47,533 nt of DNA from Octopus bimaculoides (GCF_001194135.2 NC_068981.1:70864922-70912454), one strand, 5' to 3'. Positions 11,871 to 24,582 are shown, counted from the stretch's first letter. Made by a program: numbers and translations. Notes: generated by a model from the letters alone, not told the origin.

Positions 11871-13600
11871 GATAGTAACAATAATACTAAAGTACATATA
11901 AACAGAACGTGAAAGACTTCATTGTTTCACACATTAGAATCTACGCCAACAATTTTCAATACAATGAAGCATGAAGCAAATCTACACACTGCTCTGCCCA
12001 AGACACAAAGAAGTTCTAATAAGTTAACAGGTGTACAGTGTAAGTACGCAACAACAAGAGGGGTGAAATCAAGATTTTAATGTAACATTGCGCTACATTC
12101 ATAAGAAACCGCTCTTTGTAATGATTTCTAATATATCAGTAAGATAACAAATTTCGGAAGGACGGTTAATTGATTTAATTGTCGCAGCTAAACAAATACT
12201 AATTATTTTAGTAATTGAGAAATCTGAAAGCTAAAGTCGAAGCCAGTAATATATTTGGACTTGATAAAGTCGCGAAATTGAATACCTCAAAGCAATTTGT
12301 CCGCCACCTTACCAGTTCTGCCATCCACTAGATTTATTGAAGTAAGTCCTAACGTAAGTCGTAGAGCACAAACTTCTGGATTCGCTTACACTGCTATATA
12401 AACTCCATTACTTAACTTGTACTTATTTTATTGACGCTGCAAAACAAATTCGACTTTGGCTGGATTTGAACTCAGAAAAATGCATTTAAACCACCACTCT
12501 ACAGATTTCGTTGCTAGTATTTTTTTCATAATTTTGCTCTGGTTTCTTTTATATATTTTACTCACCTCTCAACCGACTCTGCCACTCTATTGCCCTCGTA
12601 ACAATAATAATAATTTTATGAAAACTTTATTTCCATTAGTACGATGAATCATGGATACGGTGATTGCAAACTAAAACTGATTTTCGTCGAATTTTATGGG
12701 TAATAATCATTCGATTAATTGGTAAAAGTTCCATTTGTTAATTGAAATCAGTTCCATGCAAGTTAAGGTTTGCTCGGCGTGAATTAAACATTCAAGCTGG
12801 TTGAGCTTTGAAATTAATTATTCATAAAATAAAAGAATTTTTATTCGTATTTTACAGATTTTGTGGCTGTTATTACTGAAATTATATTCCTCTCGTTATA
12901 GAAGGTGTTATTGCTATTGTTGTCTTCTGTCGTTTTTATTATTGTAATGTAATGGTAAAATGTCTGAGTACTGGTGCTATAGTACTGTAGAAGTATCAGG
13001 AAAACCGCGATTTAAGATTGAAATTTCTATCCAAGCTGTCATTTTCCCCTTCACTTAAAGTTCGTACATATGAAGTGTTTATACCAAAGTCAAGACACAT
13101 TATATCAGCTCACTTTTATTTGTATTGCACAACACCGCTTCATCGCTACATCAACAACAAACAGACATTGGGAGATTCACAATGACTAGAATTTCTACAG
13201 TAATATGCAGTGAGTGCAGCAGCAATAAGCAGTTTGAATAAGTATCGATTCCTCGTTGCATTGGATTCAAGCTGGAATGATACAAAATAACATCAAATCA
13301 TTCAAAATGTTTACATTTTGGTTAGTTGAGCCATTACAGCGTTCGACAAAAGAACTTACAAGGTTTAGTTATGTTCTAGGTTCAACTTATGCCGATGTCA
13401 CCTTGTGAATTATCCTTGTAGAGTCGATAAAATAAAATAACAGGATCGACTTAACAACAATACTCTTCCCGAAAACATGTGACATTTTGCTTGTGCTGGA
13501 AATCAATATTGTTGATGATTACTTTTGTCTTCGAGGCTGTAACTAGCAGAATAAGTAGAGATCTGAATAAAAATGTCTTGTAATATTTAGTTGTTACTAA

Positions 13601-13965
13601 AACGGTGAGCTGACACAATGGTTAGCATGCCGGGCAAAATGCTTAGCACACACCCGGGAAAAATGCTTTGATCGATGTAATCGACTTATTCCCACCCCTG
13701 AAATTGCTGGCCTTCTACCCAAATTTGAAAGCGAAATGTAACTGTTACTGAAGCTGTGGGCTGGTGAAATGGTCAAGACGCCGGGCAAGATGCTTAGCAG
13801 CATTTCTTCCGAATTTACATTTTGAGTTCAAATTCCACTGTGGTCGACTATGCCTTTCTTCATTTCGGGGTCGATTAAATAAGTAACTACCGAAGACTGG
13901 GTCGATGTAATCGACTTACCCCTCCCACGAAATCACTAGACCTGTGTCAAAATTTGAAACCAGTA
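13601..13965 (+). mobile_element. Two adjacent SINE family B copies (first internally deleted)
   Basis: tRNA-like head GGTGAGCTGACACAATGGTTAGCATGCCGGGC; B box GAGTTCAAATTCC; core GGTCGACTATGCCTTTC..GGGGTCGATTAAATAAGTA, which resembles the recalled Meta/MESC-type SINE core (unverified). Confidence 0.85.
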
Positions 13966-14520
13966 TTAGCTTGTTATGACTCTTTATGCTGGTACTTCAA
14001 ATGTCGATAAGAAAAATGCTAGTTTTATATTAAAAGATTAGAGCGCTGGACAAAAATGATTTGCATGTCTCATTTTTGTAACATCAAAACCGCCGTACTC
14101 GATAAAACTAAGTACTTGTAATATACTGGGGCTTGATTCTCATGACAGTATAACTCGTCTCATAAATTTCTGTATTTGTACCAATGTATGAAATCAATAT
14201 TTCCTTTTTCGTCTATGCAGATAAATTAGGAAAAGTGCTGAACCAACTAAACGTTCATAACATGATCGCTCTACCTTCTATAAATAGCAGACAACTCAAC
14301 ATCCTACTGTTTGCAATTGTCTCTTAAAATGATGAAATATTGGATAATGCAGTCTGGATTAAGGTATGTTTCGAAAAAATACCGGACTCTCATAACTGGG
14401 GTGTCTTTCATCATAGTTCTTTCCAATGTGGACCAACGAGAAGTTAAACAGCAACTATATGAATACATTATTTACATTATTTACAATTGAAGGATATTTT
14501 TCCTCATCTTGTTTATTGTT

Positions 14521-14566
14521 AAAACAACGTTTCGTCTGATATACCCTCCAGCTTTCTTCAGGTGTC
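14521..14566 (-). ncRNA. Minimal type I hammerhead motif (left arm)
   Basis: Minus strand GACAC-CTGAAGA-A-AGCTG-GAGGGTATAT-CAGAC-GAAAC-GTT-GTTTT. Core intact; palindromic stem III AACGTT; stems I and II partly mismatched. Confidence 0.65.
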
Positions 14567-14778
14567 TTGGGTAAATTTCGAACCTGAGTTCTCATTCCTA
14601 AGGTAGTTTTCGATGTTGTTGTTGTTTTTGTTGTTGTTGTTGTTATCTATTATTATCATTATTAGTATTATCATCCAGGTCACTGCCTGGAATCGAACTC
14701 GAAATCTCGGGGTTAGTAGCTGCTAACCCTAAGATTCCGAATTCGATTCCAAGCAGTGACCTGAAGAAGAAGAAGAAT

Positions 14779-14836
<58 letters not shown>

Positions 14837-14883
14837 TCGAAAAATACCTTAGGAATGAGAACCCAGGTTCGAAATTTCCCCAA

Positions 14884-14929
14884 GACACCTGATCAAGGCT
14901 GGAGGGTATATCAGACGAAACGGTATGTT
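14884..14929 (+). ncRNA. Degenerate minimal hammerhead motif (right arm)
   Basis: GACAC-CTGATCA-A-GGCTG-GAGGGTATAT-CAGAC-GAAAC-GGT-ATGTT. G8 and the NUH triplet are mutated. Confidence 0.55.
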
Positions 14930-15214
14930 AATAAACAAACAAGATGAGGACAAATATCCGTCAATTGTAAATAATGTAAATAATGTACATAATTACTCAT
15001 CTCTTAACTATAGAACTTTAACTATATTAAGGAATTAATTAATTTTGCCGCTTTGGGAGAGTGTTTTGTTGGTTCCATATTGCGGGCACGAATAAATAAT
15101 AATTATACAATGAAGAATGTATACTGCAAATAAGAACAACGAGGGTAACAGCAGTGTCAGTAGCTACATTGTATATCGAACTTTCTGTTTGTTTGTTCTG
15201 CCATCTCTCTCCCT

Positions 15215-15246
<32 letters not shown>

Positions 15247-17349
15247 CGCTTAAACAGGTGGCACCATATTAAATTAAATAGATTTTAATGAAGGTTTGAA
15301 GAATTGAAGACAAAAATGTAGTGCCAATAGGAACCGAAACATTCATAATACCTGTGTACCTGCCACAGCTCATTTCTGTAATAAGATAGGACGCATTAAT
15401 GGGCAAGATATCTTACATGAGTAATGTCGACAGCAAATAGATCAATCATACAAAACGTTACAAAATTTTACCTTACTGTTTACGAATAATAATCAAAATA
15501 GGCGGAGATAGCCGAAAGGTAAATAAAAGAAAGACCTTACTGCCCCGAGTATCTTCCAGTAACATCGATGAAATAAAGCAGCAATGGACGAGAATATTGC
15601 ATCAGTCATGCATTTATTTATTACCTAAATTTGTCTTATAATTTATGTATTCCAAATATTCACGCGATTTATCGACTCGCAAATGCATTTATAATCATAA
15701 GGGAAATCGACAGCAAACTATTTCAGATTAAAACAAAAAATGCCAAACAGACAAATAAAAGCTATATCGTTCGACTTGATATTATAAGGTGTAACCTCAC
15801 AATTAATTTCATATATGTACTCGAGAAATGGAAAATACAAAACATATTCATAGCTATAAACAAACAAGCTATTACGCGATGATAATCATGAATATTTAAA
15901 TAAATTGCCAGATTTTGTTCTTGACATTTAAAAGAAAAACAGTGATAAATAGTCACGAGAGGAATGTGGTTCAACTCTAAATACATAGTTTACAGCTATA
16001 AATCCATTCGCCGAATGAAGAGAAATTAATACTTCTCTAAATGTAACTTTGAATCCGAACGAACTAGCTGCTTTAAGAAGATGCATCCTTATAACCTAAA
16101 AATTATCAGGCATGAAAATAGAATTCTTGAGAGAAAAAGAACATAATGAAAACAATAAAACAAGAACAAACAACAAAAAAATATTAAAACTAAAAATATT
16201 GTAAATCTAAATCACGATGACAGACTAGTACAAGTAAAAACAATGACTGAAAATAAACTAACAAAATCAAAACTAATCACTCTGCCTGGAGCCTAACAAT
16301 AACATAATTTCAAAAACGAAAATCTGAACACAAGAATTATGGGTTGAAAATTATAAAGTGACTATTTTTAGTACTTTAATGATATAAATGTGGAAACATT
16401 TAAAGAATTAAATTGATAGATCTTAACATAAACCAAAAAATACAATCATCTTAGGGTCGACAATAAAAGCAAAATGCAGTGTTAAACATCTGAAACCAAC
16501 AGCCACCATCATCATAACGATAATTCAAATATACAGCAGCCATATTACATAACCTTCATAACCTTCTACCTATGAATATTTAAACCCAAGCAAACAGCGT
16601 GCAAAACAAACAAGCAGGGACAGATAAATAAAAGAACCTTCAATCCTCGATTTCTTCAAGAAAAAAGCGGTTAAACGAAAACAGTAAACGTGCAACGTTA
16701 GAAAAGAAGTACTCGAAATCTAAAACTACCTGGAGCAAGACATTCTCACAAAATCTCAACAAATGCTGAGATTAGTGAGAATGTGTGAAAAGCGACAAAA
16801 CATATTGAAAAGAAAATATAAAATGCGACACAAATATTAAACGATTTCCCCCAAAACTAGGTAAATAAAAGAAACAGTTATTAGCAGTGCCAGTTGAAAA
16901 TATCAAGAGAATTTTTTTTTTAATGTTAAGAAAGCATATGCGCAGTGGATGGACAACCTCGAGCAAGGAAATTCACGTCATCAAGCGCACCATCTGCACA
17001 TTTGCAGAGATAATACAAAACATTGCCAGAAACTAAAGAATATGAGCAAAAAGAAAGAACCAGGAAATAATAAATTTCCATACTACTTGCTAAAATAACT
17101 AATATGTCTGCAAAGTGCGTCTGCAAATATTCTACGATATAATGAATCATCGTATGCACGGTGGACAGTGAAGCTCTTTGGTTCGCGATGCTTCTGGTTG
17201 ACGAGACACGGCATGTCAAACACCGGTGTCCCAGAAACCCTTGCACTAATGAATCGGATTCGTTATGAACAAATTTGTTGTAAAGGACTTGCTATTTTCT
17301 TTACGAACACAACAGAGATTAGCATACTCACGTTCGAATCTACCGGAAC

Positions 17350-17500
17350 GTATTAAGAATAAATAGACAAGTTGTAATGAAAAAAAAATTAGCAAATCTC
17401 AAAGACAACGGAACCATATCTTGCCTATACAAAACTTTAGCAGCAATATTATCACCCAACATTAAAAAACTCAACCCGACGAAAATATCCTTTCAAGAGG
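17350..17500 (+). pseudogene. Possible very old PLE reverse-transcriptase relic
   Basis: RINRQ..KKLANLKDNGTIS..YKTLAAILSP resembles PLE pre-RT motifs (KINxxLxxLK.., YxLAKxLxxILxP). Lies downstream of A-rich coding-like DNA at 16000-16750. Weak. Confidence 0.3.
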
Positions 17501-18141
17501 AATGTTGCCATGGCGTGGATATACATAGATACCAGCTGCTGATCAACGGAGCATAATTAAACGGTGTAGGAAGAGAAAGGAGAATTTGTGCATGGGATGA
17601 ATAAATTGCAATTAAATCTTTCTCAACTAAAATAAGAGCAATAATGAAACACCCAAAATAATATCAGTAACAGATCTGATGATGTTGTTATCAACAGGAG
17701 AAGTCAGGATGTCTAAGCTGGGAATAACTCAGACAGTTAATACGGAAACATTGTAACACTGGAATAATGTGTCATTGCAACACAGAACTATACTTCTGAA
17801 GAAAATTTCTAAAATACCCGAAACATGCCGTGTGTCATAATGGTTCGCTTACGATATCATAAAAGAGTTACGAGCACATAGTATGAATTAGCAGGGCATA
17901 TACGTGTGTGTGAGTGTGGGGGGAATCGCAACACTTTTCATTACGCTATACTACAGTACTAACCTAATCGTTGAAGGAGACTTTATAAGGTCACTGTCAG
18001 AAATATCACCTAAATCTCTCTCGAGAGAGGAAATCCTAGGAGACAATCTAGTCAGTAATATTTTATGGCTCAAAGAAAAGCGAAGGAGATGGACCTAGGT
18101 AGAAAGCCTTTGATGAGAACTATGCTCACTCAGAATAAATT

Positions 18142-19062
18142 TGTGGTTGAACATCAACAACAGTAATAATAGCTAGTAATCTAGCTTTCTCCATATTTAC
18201 ACGTTACTACACATTGCATTCCTGCATAAACCTCACGATGACAAGGTGCTCTATTATACAATATTACTCGACACTGTTCTCTTATAATTGACAGATTATT
18301 ATTAATATGAATGTCCCTTATCCTTTAATGAACTGTCAGATCACCATTGAAGATTTCAACATCGCATGGAGTATACTGAGAAAGTCAGTTTGGCAGAAAA
18401 CATACTAATTCAAGCTATAACCGACTGCTGAAAACGTTAGGCTTAACTGCGCCAGCTAACGAAATAAAAATCAATTGCAGCGTATTGCTACTGCATACAA
18501 CAGTGAACTACTTTCTCGATAGTACAATTTAAAGTACAGAAGATACCGCTGGACACATCGTAGACACGTAGCAGGTTATGTACCCTTGAACACTTGGTTG
18601 GTACATTACTGTTGGTTTTACTATTTTATGCAGCACTGATGTTCCTACTAGTGCTACTATTCTCTGTCATTGTTACAAGTTGTAGCTGTTGTTTGTCTTC
18701 CTTTTTCTTTTCTCTTGTTTCATGTTTTCACGTAATTATTTTTATGTGGTTGAACATCAACAACAGTAATAATAACTAGTAATCTAGCTTTCTCCATATT
18801 TACACGTTACTACACATTGCATTCCTGCATAAACCGCACGATGACAAGGTGCTCTATTATACAATATTACTCGACACTGTTCTCTTATAATTGACAGATT
18901 ATTATTAATATAAATGTCCCGTATCCCTTAATGAATTGTCAGGTCACCATTGAAGATTTCAACATCGCAGAGAGTATCCTGAGAAAGTCAGTTTGGCAGA
19001 AAACATACCAATTGAGGCTATAACCGACTGCTGAAAACGTTAGACTTAACTGCGCCAGCTAA
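18142..19062 (+). repeat. 318-bp direct repeat pair (18142-18459, 18745-19062) with a 285-bp spacer
   Basis: Both copies start TGTGGTTGAACATCAACAACAG and end GCGCCAGCTAA. They are collinear with only scattered substitutions. Confidence 0.95.
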
Positions 19063-19599
19063 AAACAAGGACGCAAAAAACAGAGAAATGGTACACAATC
19101 ATAAATGCAAACAACAGGACATTAACAGGTGTCTTTCGGCGTGTGTGGAAGTGAAGCCTTACGGCAGGAACATAAGAGATGAAAGTCATGGGGAGGAATA
19201 TCAGAGATGCTACACGGATGGTACGCGAACCAAGAAAGAAAGGTCACGCTTGGCGGAACACCGATCATGTGGAAGGACAGCAGAGAGGTAGGAGCCAAGA
19301 TATTGAAGAATTAGGGAGGGACGGGAAAGAGAGAAAAGAAAGGAAAGGGCCAGGGTGAGTTAAAATAGGAAGGAAAGTGAGAATGAAGGGAAGGCCAAGA
19401 AATGTGGGAGAGGGGGGTGAGAAAATGAAAAGCGGAAAGAACAAAGAAAGTGTGAAGGGGACTAAAAGAAAGAGTAAAAAAGTCGTACATAATTTAGATA
19501 TATATACGTACTTACATACAAGAGACCAAAATTGTACGTACTCTACTATGGGTATATATAAATAAAGAAAAATGGAACAAGAATGTAACATTTTTTGCT

Positions 19600-19920
19600 T
19601 TCTTTATATATACATATAGCGGCGTACGTGTGTTAATACTGAAACTATTATCTCACATTACAATAGAGCTGTTAGTGTTTCACTTTTGACACGTAACACT
19701 GAAATAGTGTAAGAGATAAGTGATCGGTCCGGGCTTGTATTAGACAAGTAGTTGAAAATTGGGGGGGGGGCCATGACACTGCATGGACCCTAATGAAGGC
19801 ATGTGTAAATTTTAAATGAAATCGGTTGGGTAGTTCTCGAGTTTTGGAGATGCACACATACAGACACAGACAGACAGACATGCTGGCAGACACACATTCT
19901 CAGTATTTTATATATAGGTT
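19600..19920 (+). mobile_element. Non-autonomous Helitron/Helentron-like (HINE-type) element
   Basis: AAATTTTAAATGAAATCGGTTGGGTAGTTCTCGAG followed by (GACA)n and ATTCTCAGTATTTTATATATAG; this 3' architecture is recalled from DINE-1/HINE-like elements. Confidence 0.45.
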
Positions 19921-20477
19921 GTACTATAATTCTTGAGATAAGCTAGATAATCTAAGAAATGATATGTCAGTCATTTATTAAGTTTATTTTCCTAAGACTA
20001 TCGAAACAATACTAATATCGTGAAACTAACGTCATTCGGGGACATAATATATTATAAAAAGATTGACACTTTTATATGTCGATGTATAATTAATGCCTTA
20101 AAAATATATTGTGGCTGGCTTAAGATTCTTTAGTGAACTACAAGCCAATTTATATTTCTTTTTTTTTTCTGTAGCATATATAATTAATTACACAACAGAA
20201 AAATACTTTGTAAAATATTACGAGATAAGAAACAATACTGTTTTATTTTAAAAGACCAAAAAAAACACACAAGGACACAGTGGGCATCCGTAATGTAGCT
20301 CTTGATAAGATAACTAAAAGTAATTCCAATATCAGCGGTTGGCATCCCAATAATAGACGTACGAGTTTTACTAATGAACACATACCACTGTGTTTCAACA
20401 ATAGATTCTCTCTCTCACTCTCTCTCTCTCTCTCCACATTCATGCATACAGAGACATATCTAACCGTATATGTGTAT

Positions 20478-20587
<110 letters not shown>

Positions 20588-20944
20588 ATGTATGCATGGT
20601 ATCGGTCAAAAGATTTAACACACTGATAACAATAAGGTTTTATATTGTAACTGACAAATGTAGCTGAAAAAGATTGAAATCTATTTTGCAATAAAATAAG
20701 CACATAATCTGAAAATGGTTTGCAAAACAACAGATTTCAATATTCTACTACTCAATACTTGATTCCATAGTTCTCTGCCTCCAACATAACAGTAATGTGG
20801 CCGGATATGCTTTCGAGTTTCAGCTACACTTCCACATTCAAACGTGCTGTATCTGCCCCAGAACTGATGAATTATTATCAGCTGTCATTTTTTATTAACT
20901 GATATTACCCCATGTGTGTGTGTGTGTGTGTGTGTACTCTTCTG

Positions 20945-21280
20945 TTTTTTTTTTTTTTATTATTTGAACTCTTCTTCTGAGGAAGGATCTGGTTTCTAAC
21001 AAAGATACAAAACTTTATCGTTGGCATGAAAATAACAAAAGCAAATTTACACTTTAAACTTGAGTAAAATCTTGCATATTTTTACCATTCCGCTTCGCTT
21101 ACAAATTGTATTTGTAGTATGCAAATTAGCTGACTGATTTCTCTTTCTAAAAACACCAGCTTATCCCGATTGCTACTTAAGCGTTTTCTCACAAACCCAA
21201 GTGCACCAATTATTATCGATGTTAATGTTAATTTATAATCTGGATATAGAAGCTGGAGGTTTCGGAGCAGTTGTCCATAA
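20945..21280 (-). mobile_element. 3' end of a restriction-like-endonuclease LINE (R4/Dong-like)
   Basis: Minus translation YGQLLRNLQLLYPDYKLTLTSIIIGALGFV..LICILQIQ../GMVKICKILLKFKV* (stop at 21047-21049) matches recalled R4/Dong C-termini (KYxxL..PIIVGALG..GTVKICKTFL). Followed by a 3' UTR and an A-rich tail. Confidence 0.75.
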
Positions 21281-21589
21281 TGTGTGTCTGTGTGTGTGTG
21301 TTTATGTATGTAGTGTAACGTAGGTCCTGGTGGAATAGAAAATAGATATTTCCTGTGCAAAACTCAATGCAAATTCCTGGATATTTACACTATCATAGAG
21401 CAAAACTGACAAACGAAGTCCACTGGTGCATAAACTCCAGATACGTCCGTGGTAAAAGTACTGCGTAATAATATGATATATAAGTTTAAAACGCTCCACT
21501 TAATGCTAATCTGATGAAATGGATGAAATGACACTCCAATTTTATCCAATTTTATCACTTGAATAGCTTTTCACTAGAAATCACATGTC

Positions 21590-22075
21590 CGGGTATCGCT
21601 CACCTGTGTAGATTTGTCGAACAGCTGTTGTCGCGTGCAGGATGAACCCGCAGCCTTCTTTTGGTCGGGAAGGGCAGACAGTTTCCATCTGTGTGACAGC
21701 TTTTGCGAAAGAGATTGTGTGGTGGACGTAGTTGATGGGACTGAAGAGAGATGCTTTCCTCTTTCAAGTTCCACCTGAAAAGGAAAGTGTAGTTAGAGAG
21801 ACAAGTGCTTACCCCAGTATTTTTGTTGAAAGTGAGTAAATGTGGCGAGGACAGCCCCTTTGAGTGCACACCGGGGGCAGGACGTGTAGGGTTCTCTCAT
21901 TGCCCCTGGATAGAGCGTCCTGTCGTTTGGGGAGTTGTATTATTTAACATTTTATTGTTAATTGTTATTGTTTTATTGTTCATACGTACTGCATACATGA
22001 TGACCCCCCTACTGTCGGTTGTATTGCATTGTCCCTTTTGTTTCGTGTGCGGCTCTTATAGCCAATAAAGAAAGA
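21590..22075 (+). mobile_element. 3' end of an L1/Tx1-type LINE
   Basis: CPGIAHL..FVEQLLSR, PSFGREGQTVSICVTAFAKEIVWWT*LMGLK and FKFHLKRKV*LER resemble recalled Tx1-like ORF2 C-termini. The 3' UTR ends TTATAGCCAATAAAG. Confidence 0.6.
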
Positions 22076-22099
22076 ATTATTATGATTATTACTATTATT

Positions 22100-22224
22100 A
22101 TTTTTAGGTGGTTTTGCCTTTCATCTTTTCAGAGTCGATGAATTAAGTACCAGTCAAATACTGCAGTCGATATAATTGACTAGCCCCTTCCCCAAAACTT
22201 TATGGCCTTGTGCCTATAATTGAA

Positions 22225-22276
<52 letters not shown>
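22100..22276 (+). mobile_element. SINE family B 3' part with (TTA)n tail
   Basis: TTTGCCTTTCATC..GTCGATGAATTAAGTACCAG..GGCCTTGTGCCTATAATTGAAA followed by (TTA)n. Confidence 0.85.
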
Positions 22277-23089
22277 GGAAGACAGTTATCTTATCACTTC
22301 GTCATTCTCCATTCTGAGATTCGCTTCTCTGTATTATTTTCATTTTTAGTATTATTCTCATTTGATAACCACATACTTCATATCTTCTTTTTTCTTCTTC
22401 TTTTTCTTTTGCTACTACTGCAACTACTCATTTTATTTTAATCTTATCTGGTATGACTATTGTCTAGGTTCTGTCCGCTATATCATTTCTATTATTATTT
22501 TTTACTTATTATTTCCGCTCTACATAAGCAACATTCAAAGCTTAATAGTGGCACAATGTAAACACGCACTATTTGATACAAGTCTAATGAAATACAGCAC
22601 TAAAGTATAAAACCAAACGTATCACACAACTTTTCGAATGAAATTTTTGCTCGAGATGGCTTTAAAACAAACTATAGTGTTACCGAAGCAACTGTGGCTG
22701 ATCATTAAAGATGTCATTATCTTTTTTGGAATAGACAGACAGATGGACGGACGGACGGACGGACGGACGAACGAACGGACTGACAGACACGCGCGCAGGT
22801 ATGATTTAGAAGTTTACTTTGCAAATGCGTGGTTTGGGCTGTTGTTTCTTTCTGCGTGACATCTTGCGTATGTGTCGTCTTATGTAGACACTCGTCGACC
22901 CAAACTTTCGAAATTCGAGTTGGCCAAGGACGGACAGAACCTGTGGAGAAGCCCATTGTATGTTTATGTATGTATGTATGTATGTATGTATGTATGTATG
23001 TATGTATGTATGTATGTACGTATGTACGTACGTACGTACTGGATGGATGGATGGATGGATCTATCGATGTGGATATAAGTAAATGTGCA

Positions 23090-23493
23090 TGGGTTTCAAA
23101 TTTTGGCACAAAACCAGGAATTTCAGGAAAGCCGATTACATCGACTCCAGTACTCAACTGGTACTTATGTTATTAACCCTGGAATGAAGGACAAATTCCA
23201 CCTCAGCGAAATTTGAACTTAGAACGTGAAGGCACTTGAAATACCGCTAACCACTCTCCTGAAATGCTAACAATTTTAATCTTTTCTACTCTAAGCACAA
23301 GGCCCTAAATTTTAGGGGAGGGGGCCAGTCGATTGGATCGACTCCAGTACGCAACTGGTTCTTAATTTATCGACCCCGAAAGGATGAAAGGCAAAGTCGA
23401 CTACGGTGGATTTTGAATTCAAAATGCAAAGACAGACGAAATACCGCTAAGCATTTCACCTGGCGTGGGGACGTTTCTGCCAGCTCGCCCCCT
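23090..23493 (-). mobile_element. Two tandem SINE family B copies; 23283-23493 is well preserved
   Basis: Minus head GGGGCGAGCTGGCAGAAACG; core GTCGACTTTGCCTTTCATCCTTTCGGGGTCGATAAATTAAG; tail GGCCTTGTGCTTAGAGTAGAAA. Confidence 0.9.
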
Positions 23494-24205
23494 TAAGTCA
23501 ATATATATCAATGCTCGTTTATGTGTAGTTATATATGCAAACAATTTAATGTTATACCGAAGGGTTACTCAGTACTTTTTAGTAGAGGATATGCTTATCC
23601 AGTTTCACAAGAAAAAGGTTGAGTGGTGAAGGGAGCNNNNNNNNNNNNNNNNNNNNNNNNNNNNNNNNNNNNNNNNNNNNNNNNNNNNNNNNNNNNNNNN
23701 NNNNNNNNNNNNNNNNNNNNNNNNNNNNNNNNNNNNNNNNNNNNNNNNNNNNNNNNNNNNNNNNNNNNNNNNNNNNNNNNNNNNNNNNNNNNNNNNNNNN
23801 NNNNNNNNNNNNNNNNNNNNNNNNNNNNNNNNNNNNNNNNNNNNNNNNNNNNNNNNNNNNNNNNNNNNNNNNNNNNNNNNNNNNNNNNNNNNNNNNNNNN
23901 NNNNNNNNNNNNNNNNNNNNNNNNNNNNNNNNNNNNNNNNNNNNNNNNNNNNNNNNNNNNNNNNNNNNNNNNNNNNNNNNNNNNNNNNNNNNNNNNNNNN
24001 NNNNNNNNNNNNNNNNNNNNNNNNNNNNNNNNNNNNNNNNNNNNNNNNNNNNNNNNNNNNNNNNNNNNNNNNNNNNNNNNNNNNNNNNNNNNNNNNNNNN
24101 NNNNNNNNNNNNNNNNNNNNNNNNNNNNNNNNNNNNNNNNNNNNNNNNNNNNNNNNNNNNNNNNNNNNNNNNNNNNNNNNNNNNNNNNNNNNNNNNNNNN
24201 NNNNN

Positions 24206-24390
24206 AGAAAACGCATGTTATAATTGCATACTTTATTCCTACATATGTTTCAAAGGATTACAACCTGTGTGATCCATAGGGATCTGTGATATTTACAATT
24301 TTAATATCACTGATCCCTATGGATCACACAGGTTGTAATCCTTTGAAACATATGTAGGAATAAAGTATGCAATTATAACATGCGTTTGCT
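24206..24390. repeat. Near-perfect 185-bp hairpin (88-bp arms, 9-nt loop, 2 mismatches)
   Basis: 24206-24293 is the reverse complement of 24303-24390. Loop TACAATTTT; mismatches at 24208/24388 and 24285/24311. Confidence 0.95.
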
Positions 24391-24406
24391 CCATTCCTTA
24401 AATTTT

Positions 24407-24442
<36 letters not shown>

Positions 24443-24582
24443 GTATTGGTATCCAGAATAACCAAGGTGGCAGGTAACGCTATGTAAGTGCTATGGAAGG
24501 ACCGTATTTAAACTCTCGGTTCAATAATGATCTGAGTGAGGAGTCTAACGCCGGTTTTGATAATTCCCACTAAACCACTTAT

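Larger units (their letters stand above)
14464..14987. mobile_element. ~520-bp palindrome: head-to-head pair of tRNA-B-box + microsatellite + hammerhead-bearing tail units
   Basis: 14464-14720 is the reverse complement of 14721-14987, with centre GGTTAGTAGC|TGCTAACC. B boxes at 14689-14700 (minus) and 14739-14750 (plus); (CAA)n spacers; an HHR in each arm. Confidence 0.9.

Noticed and set aside
17796-17835. CTGAAGA..CGAAACATG hammerhead-like string
   Set aside because: Stem II does not pair and there is no valid NUH or stem I; at most a relic.
19118-19170. Minus-strand CTGCCGTAAGGC..GCCGAAAGACACCTGT hammerhead-like string
   Set aside because: The core is mutated at two positions and stem III geometry does not fit an NUH site.
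24440-24580. Possible inverted pLTR copy at the PLE 5' junction
   Set aside because: Similarity to 26160-26240 is only patchy and cannot be supported without an alignment.
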